Assembly (NCBI RefSeq): GCF_009914755.1
Contig: NC_060939.1
Source of the DNA: the human T2T-CHM13v2.0 reference genome, Homo sapiens
DNA length: 64,000 nucleotides
Reading direction: 5' to 3' (one strand)
A program made the translations under genes and the position numbers. The notes below the pieces were generated by a model. The model was not told the DNA's origin, ran no database searches, and worked only from the letters and a program-made list of their open reading frames with translations. The stretch's first letter is position 1. The number at the start of each line of letters is the position of its first letter. Of the stretch, positions 57,431 through 64,000 are shown piece by piece.

Positions 57431-58253
57431 TAATATTATCTCAAAGATTCCTGACACCAAAATGGATCTCAAAAGTGGTTCTATTTTCACATTTTCTCCC
57501 TTTCTTTAGTTTGGAAGCATATTCCCTTTAACACCCCCAGAAAAAGTAATTTGGCAGGGTTGTATCCTGAAGTACTAATTTGTTTTCTGTGTATCCCCTC
57601 TCTTTCTGTCCTCTCAGCAAGATTTCCAGGGCTGTGGGAGTATTTTGCTCTCCTTCCTCCTGCAGAGAGGCAGAAAGAAACTCGTGGGAGAGGGACCAAG
57701 ACTGGATGCTTGCTTGCAAGCCTGTTTTTGTTTTTTAAAATTCTGCTCTTGAAAACTAAATAAGGCTGAGGCCAGTCTTATTTTCAGACTGTTTGCCAAC
57801 AGCACACCAAAAAGTTGGAGTGACAATTTCTTTCTTGGAGAGGGAATGGAGTAGCATGGCACATCTATTCCCACCAAGGTCATGATCCTGGAAATAAATA
57901 GACCTTTGTTGTCTATGATGATTTGATCAATATCTGCCTTCATTGGATTTTCAGCTCCTTGAGGATAGTCTGCTTTTGCTTACTGAAAGTTCATCAGTAC
58001 CTAGCACGTAAGAGCCGCTCGATGTATACTCATTCAGTAAGTGAATGAATTCTAGGAGAGCACTGGGAGCAGATTGTGTCTTATTGATAGGTCTACTTCT
58101 AGCATTTGCAGGGCCTAAGCTGAGAGTGCTCATGGAGTCTCAGTATTTAGGAGGTATAAACAAGCTATACACTGTTAAATAAAATACTTTCTATTCTCCT
58201 ACCTAGATATGTTTGCTTTCATAATTGCAAAACAAACATATTTGCAAAGTGAT

Positions 58254-59229
58254 GGCTTTTATGTGATTGAAAATTGGTAAAATATACAACTAAACTTAAT
58301 TATCACCGCACTTGAAGAAAGTCGATGGGATGGCAATGTTTGGATGAGCATTAAAGACATAAATTCATGAATTTTATACTTTATACATTTTTAAAATCAG
58401 ACTTTAATTTTTACAATTATTTTTCTTTCTTTAATTTCATTAGAATCATTAATTATGCTCTCCTGAGCTTTTCATATAATGTGTGGTTTATTGATGATAT
58501 AAAAGATTAAAAAGTACATTGAATTATACTTCAGTGTACAAGAAGTAAATATCTTCATCAAAACTCTGTGTTAAAAATTGAAAAATTAAATTTTTCATAT
58601 GCATTTTCAAAGTTAGTTTTCTTTGAAAATATTCAAAATTATTAATAATAAAAAGCGAGATACAAATAATTAAAGAGCTTTAATATTTAATCTCAAAATT
58701 CTTTAAATCAAAATGAAATGTCTAAATTCATTTTTTGAAAATGTAATAAAATCTGTTTTTGTTTTGTTTTTTGATATGGGGTCTCACTATGCTGCCCAGG
58801 CTGGCCTCAAACTCCTGGGCTCAAGGGATCATCCTGCCTCAGCCATCTGAGTAGCTGGAACTACAAGCCCGTGTCACTGCACCCAGCTCAAAAAAATTAA
58901 TTAAATCTTATTAAATATATTTTATAAAAACAAAACTACTTTGCAGTCTTAGTGTTCACTGTCCACTTAGTTGCCAAAGTAAAGAATTAGTATCACTCTT
59001 TGTTTAGGTTATGAGACCCATGTGCCAACGAGGGCACATGTTGTGAGTCCCTTCAGAACCACAGATTGGAAATAAAGTTTGGTTTTAAAAATTTATAAAG
59101 TAGGTATGTAGTTGATGAATTTATGTCTTTAATTCTCATCCAAATATTGCCATCCCATCAACTCTCTTCAAGTGCAATGATAATTAAGTTCAGTTGCCTA
59201 TTTTACCAATTTTCAATCATATAAAAGCC
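58254..59229. mobile_element. Probable non-autonomous DNA transposon with long terminal inverted repeats (family unassigned); contains a FLAM/Alu monomer at ~58755-58888
   Basis: 58254-58368 is the reverse complement of 59115-59229 (115 bp, ungapped, 10 mismatches by hand count). AT-rich core. Confidence 0.7.
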
Positions 59230-60589
59230 AAAAAAGAAAAAAAAAAGCAAGAAAGTGGATATTTGATATAAATGGGAAATGTCATTTGTTTGGGGAAGAA
59301 TCAGTTACATTCTGGCTAGGAGGAAGTGTGTAACAAGTTGAATAATCATTCCTTTCTCTTACCTAAGCGCTTCCACTGACATGTCCACCTCCAGGGTTGG
59401 ACCTGCCACAGTCCTGCGTGACATTCACACAGTCTCTTTTATTCTGGGGACACAGGGCAGGGATGTAAAGAAGAACTCCCCTGGCTTGGACAGTATTACT
59501 CATATTTGCAGTACAGGTTGAGCTGCACCAACCTGAGGCCCGAGGGATAGAGGTGCTTGTATGAATTTGAACAAATTGATTTGTATGTGCGTATCTGTTA
59601 TAAGCTGGGCCCTCTGTGGCATGAGTTCCAAGGAAGCCCCCACTCCATACCTTACCCCAGCCTAAGGGCAATATTGCTTCTTTACCTCCATCTTTGGACC
59701 CCACACGGTCTCTGATATTTGTTTTGTAATAGCAGAGACTTGTTCATTTCACACAACTAGTGAGTGGCAGAGCTGAAACTGGATTCTAGAGCTTTCAGCA
59801 TCTAGGACAACACTCTCCCCATTTATGGTCTAGTGGTATGTGGACTTTGATTTCGGCCTGTGGAAGCAAGATTCTCAAGGGCAGGGCTGTGCTCTATGCA
59901 TCTTTGTGTCCAAAGCCCCTGTTAGACAGTAGTTGCTTCTAAATGTGTGTGGCATTGTACTCACAAAGTTCCCCGTTTCGTAGCTATAAGCTCAAGCAAA
60001 CTCTTCTTTCAAATGATGTTAGTGCTGTATTTGGTAATCTAAGAGAAGAAAAAAGGAAAAAAAAAAAAAACCTGTGTGCACCAAGGTTGGTCACTGAAGC
60101 ACTATTTTTGTAGCCTAACTTTCAGCCTCCTGAATGTCATCAAGTCATTTAGCTTTCTGGGGTCTCTCTTCCCTTAATATATATTCGTGGAAAGCTTGAG
60201 CTGCTGTCCTATCTCCAAAGTGAAACCACATATCTCCCCACTTAATGGGATGACTGCTGTGAAATGGAGGTGGCTTCTAAGGGACAGCGTAATCTTTTTT
60301 GGGGGTATATGTTGACCAGCAGCCTCTGTATGGTCAGCTGAAGTATTCTCAATTCTGGGGTCCTTCTTAGTTATGTAGATGAGGCAAGTGGACACTCCTT
60401 TCCTTGGAAAAAGGGTATAGTTGGATATAACCAGGGTGCCCCTCTCTTTGGTGCAGAAGGGTGGAGAGGGAGTGGACCAAATTGCATAAGAAGTCCAAGG
60501 GATGTGAGAAACTGGTATTCCAATCCTCCCTCCTAAATAGTCAAAGTTAGAAAATTGGTTTGGGTGCACTGGTTGGGTCCTGACTGAGG

Positions 60590-61095
60590 TCTGTTGGCAG
60601 GAAGAACACCCAGGGCCCTCTGCAGATTCATCTCCCTTTGTCCCTCCAGATCTATTCTCCATCCTTCCCTGCCCTGCTGTTTGCGCACCTGGAGGCTGAC
60701 CTCGTTGGACAACATCACCCAGGCTCATGCTCTCTGGCTGCTGGTTAGGATTGGCCAGTGGAGGTGCAGGCAGAGGTTGGAATATAGAGGAATAAAGCAG
60801 CAGAGAGCATCATCCTCCTTACTCTTTCCCTGCTGAGCCATGGTTTGGGCAGTGGCTGTGTCCCACTATGTCCTACTGCTCCTGTGGGCAACATAACCAC
60901 AGTCTTTGCTAGATTCTGGTGCCACTGTTTTCTCCCCAGGCAAGGGGCAGTAATGGCTTCTTATCATTGTTAACCCTGGATTAATCATCAACCCTTACTG
61001 ATTCTCTTTACCTTACCTGTCCCTCTGAAAATTGTCCCAAAATTAAACCCTCTTCATTGAACCTTTTGAATTTGCCGCTTAAATCCTGATGAATA
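60590..61095 (+). mobile_element. Ancient ERVL-class LTR (LTR33-like)
   Basis: gtccctccagatc..ttctcc..ccctgctg..ggaggctgacct..ctctggct..tggtt..ttggcca resembles the recalled LTR33 consensus. Confidence 0.55.
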
Positions 61096-61099
61096 AAGT

Positions 61100-64000
61100 C
61101 ATTGGTATTAAGGGTGACAATTGGACCCATGGAGTGAGGGCTATTATTGTAGAAGTGGCCCCATGGAAGCCCTTGGAACTGCCTCTTTGTGACAAAATAG
61201 TAAACCAAAAGCAATTCTGCATCTTCAGGGCAATTGAATTGTGCCCCCTTCAAAGACTTGAGAGATGCAGGACAGGTGGTTCTAATCACATCACTATTTA
61301 AGTCACCTGTCTGGCTTATGCAAAAGCCAGGTGGGTCCTACAGATTTTCATAAACACAATCAGGAATTAATGCCATTTCAGGAGTTGTTCTGGATGTGGT
61401 ATCTTTATTAGAGAAGATCCGCTCAGCCCCTGACACCTGGTGTGCACCTGGTATTGTACCTGGTGACTAGAACAGTAATTCTCAAAAGGTAGGTCTGGAT
61501 TAGCAGCTTAACCTTGGAATGTGTTTGATGTACAATTTATAGAACTCCACTGAAGACCACCTGAATTAAAAATTCTAGGGGCTTACCAGCTGTGTTAGAA
61601 TGAGCCGTCCCGGTGATTCTAATGCATACTGAAGTTTGAGAACTGTCATATTAGAAATAGTTTCCATTGCATCACAATCAATACAGATAATCAGAAGGAG
61701 TTCACCTTCACCTGTTACAAGACTGCGGCACACCCTAAATGCATTACCTCAGGGATCTGCCAATTCTCCTGGTTTCTGTCATATGATATGAGACCCTTAT
61801 CATCTTGACAGCCCATAGAACTTTATGATTGCCTGCTACATTGATAACATTATGCTAATTGGATCTGGTGAATGAGGACTAGCAAGTGCTGTACTGCCAC
61901 ATGCTTGCCAGAGAGGGGAAGAAAACACATGTGGAGGTTCAGTGACCTGACACATTGGTGAAACTTCTTGGGTTCTAGCAGGCTGAGGCCTGTTGGAATA
62001 TCCCCACTAAGATGAGAAACATGTTGCTTCACCTTGTGTCTTCCACCATAAAGAATGAGGCTCAGCAGTTGATGGATCTCTGGATTTTTGAGGCAATATA
62101 TAGAACATTTGTGTGTGTGTCTGATGGATTTACTGGTTACATCATAAGATTGCTGGTTTTGAATGGGGCCCAGAATAATACAGGGCTCTAGAAAAGGTAT
62201 ATCCAGACTGTGATGAAAGCTACTCTGCCATTTGGACCTTAAGATCAGCAGATCCAATAGTGCCAGAAGTATCTGTTGCAAATGGAGTGCTGTATGGAAT
62301 TCCTAACCATCTCCAATAGGAGAATCACAGTGTTGACCCAACTGAACAGGATGGGAAGAGAGGGTCCAAGGCAGTCTTGGGCAGATATGTGTGAAAAGAC
62401 ATCTTTGAAGGGGCCCTGGGTGTCAAGATATTCAAGAGCCATCTAAATGCCTATCAGAGGGCATCCACTGCAGAAAAGACTCTCAACGATCAGCTGGATA
62501 AGATGACCCAACCTGGGGGTGTGAGCCTCTTCCTCTGTCTACTCTGATGTTTGCTCAATGACATCATGAACAGAGTGACCATAGTGGAAGGGATAGAGGC
62601 TATCAACACTATGGGCTTTCCCTTGTGAAGGTCCATTGGTTTCCATAACTTCTGGATATGTAGCCTTCCAATGAATGAGACCAATGCCAAGCCCCTGATA
62701 TGGCACCATTCCCAGAGATGGGTGGTAGGAGACAGACCAACCGCTTACTTGGTAGCAGGTTGATTACACTGAATCCCTTTCATCATAGAGGGCAGTAGGA
62801 ATAGACACATATTCCAGATTTGGATTTGCCATTCCTGCCCCTCCCTGCCATTTGTGGTGTTTCATTCTTTCATTTTGTGCTGCTAAAACAGAACAACACA
62901 AACTGGGTAATTTATAATGAATAGAAATTTATTTGGCTCACGATTTTGGAGGCTGCAAAATACAAGATCAAGGAACCAGCATCTGGTGAGGACCTTCTTG
63001 TTGCATCATAAACATGGTGGAAGGAATCACATGGGCAAGAGAGAAAAGAGGACCAAACACCCCCTTCATAACAAACCCACTCTTGAGATAACTGCATTAA
63101 TCCATTCACTCCGCCCTCATGGCCTAATCACCTCTCATTGGGCCCCAGATCTCAACACTGTTGCAATGGGAATCAAGTTTCCAACATATGAACTTTGGGG
63201 GACACATTCAAACCACAGCATATTCATCTCAGCATATCCCACAAACATGGCCTTTAACCAAGAAACCTTAGGTTTTGTGGGTTTGGAAATCTCTAGTGAC
63301 CAAGAGGAACTGCTTCCACCAGGGAATATAGTTATGGGTCTGTTAAATTGGAAGATGATCTTGTGCCATCTGGGGCTCCTTATGTTGAAATATTGGCAGA
63401 GAAAGAGATCACTGCACTGTCAGGATGGTTAACCCCAATATCCAAGGGAAAGTGGGGTTTCTGCTACAAAATAGGGGCAAGGAGTACTAGCTTTGGAACC
63501 CTGGGATTCGCTAGGGCACTTGGTACTCCCTGTATCCCTTGTCCTCATTCTGTAAGCCTGAGGTGGGGGCATGAAATTAGATTTCTAACAAGCTCCCCAG
63601 AGATGCCAATGCTGTCCATCCGTGGACCATAGTTTGAGTAGTGTTGCCCTAGAGCACCTGCTATTCTTTCTGATAATTTTACAGAGCTTCCAGGTGAGAT
63701 CTTCAAGGCCTCTTCATGTTCTTTAGGAATCTGTGGATACTGTGGCAACTCATTGAAGACACGGCACTAAGAATTTGAATCCTCTGTGGATGAAGATTTG
63801 GGTCATTCCACCAGATAAAATTCTCCAACAGCTAAGGGACTGCCAGAAAGTAGAGGGGCTATGGAATGGGTGGTGGGAGAACAAGACTGCAGTTACCACT
63901 CTGGGCCTCATGACCAGCCACAGAAGGGGGCACTAGCAGTTGTGCTTTACAGGAAGTGTTCCACTTACCCGGGACTGGCTACATTATGATTTAAGTTGCA
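61100..64000 (+). mobile_element. Decayed ERVL internal region (RT, integrase and dUTPase remnants), interrupted by MER5-like MITEs (~61470-61650, ~63550-63650) and an antisense MST-type LTR (~62858-63220)
   Basis: Remnant peptides WKPLELP..KIVNQKQ (~61166-61215), FKSPVW (~61298), YIDNIMLIG (~61837, decayed YIDD), QVDY (~62756) and LLPPGNIVMGLLNWK (~63310). Many stops and frameshifts. 3' limit uncertain. Confidence 0.75.

Noticed and set aside
60174-60728. 184-aa minus-strand ORF (and the 171-aa ORF at 62917-63432)
   Set aside because: They overlap LTR/ERVL debris with no domain or splice support; only the short dUTPase remnant is meaningful.

Overview
Human (primate) genomic DNA that I recognise as the chr15q25.1 ZFAND6-FAH locus. 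It holds the last coding exon and 3'UTR of ZFAND6 (+, stop at 5043) and the complete 14-exon FAH gene (+, ATG 20475, TGA 53638). The hand-spliced exons total 1260 nt (419 aa + stop), all introns are GT-AG, and the protein matches human fumarylacetoacetase as I recall it. The rest is mostly interspersed repeats: a Tigger2 fossil, about 25 Alus, old L1s, two HERV-K-class solo LTRs with perfect 6-bp TSDs, MaLR/MLT2 LTRs, MER82 and an ERVL pol/dUTPase remnant. Nearly all ORFs in the supplied track are repeat-derived noise. I see no convincing previously undescribed gene system. The best candidates for a second look are: (1) a ~1-kb element bounded by 115-155-bp inverted repeats at 58254-59229 that I cannot assign to a family; (2) the odd FAH exon 8 acceptor, with an overlapping decoy donor and a stronger-looking upstream acceptor, coupled to a second open frame through exons 9-10; (3) a G-rich ~67-bp minisatellite forming the FAH promoter, plus a (GGAGT/GGAAT)11 array just after exon 1; (4) a twin-primed L1 carrying a fold-back micro-inversion. 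Repeat family names come from recalled consensus sequences, not from a search, and repeat boundaries without TSDs are approximate.
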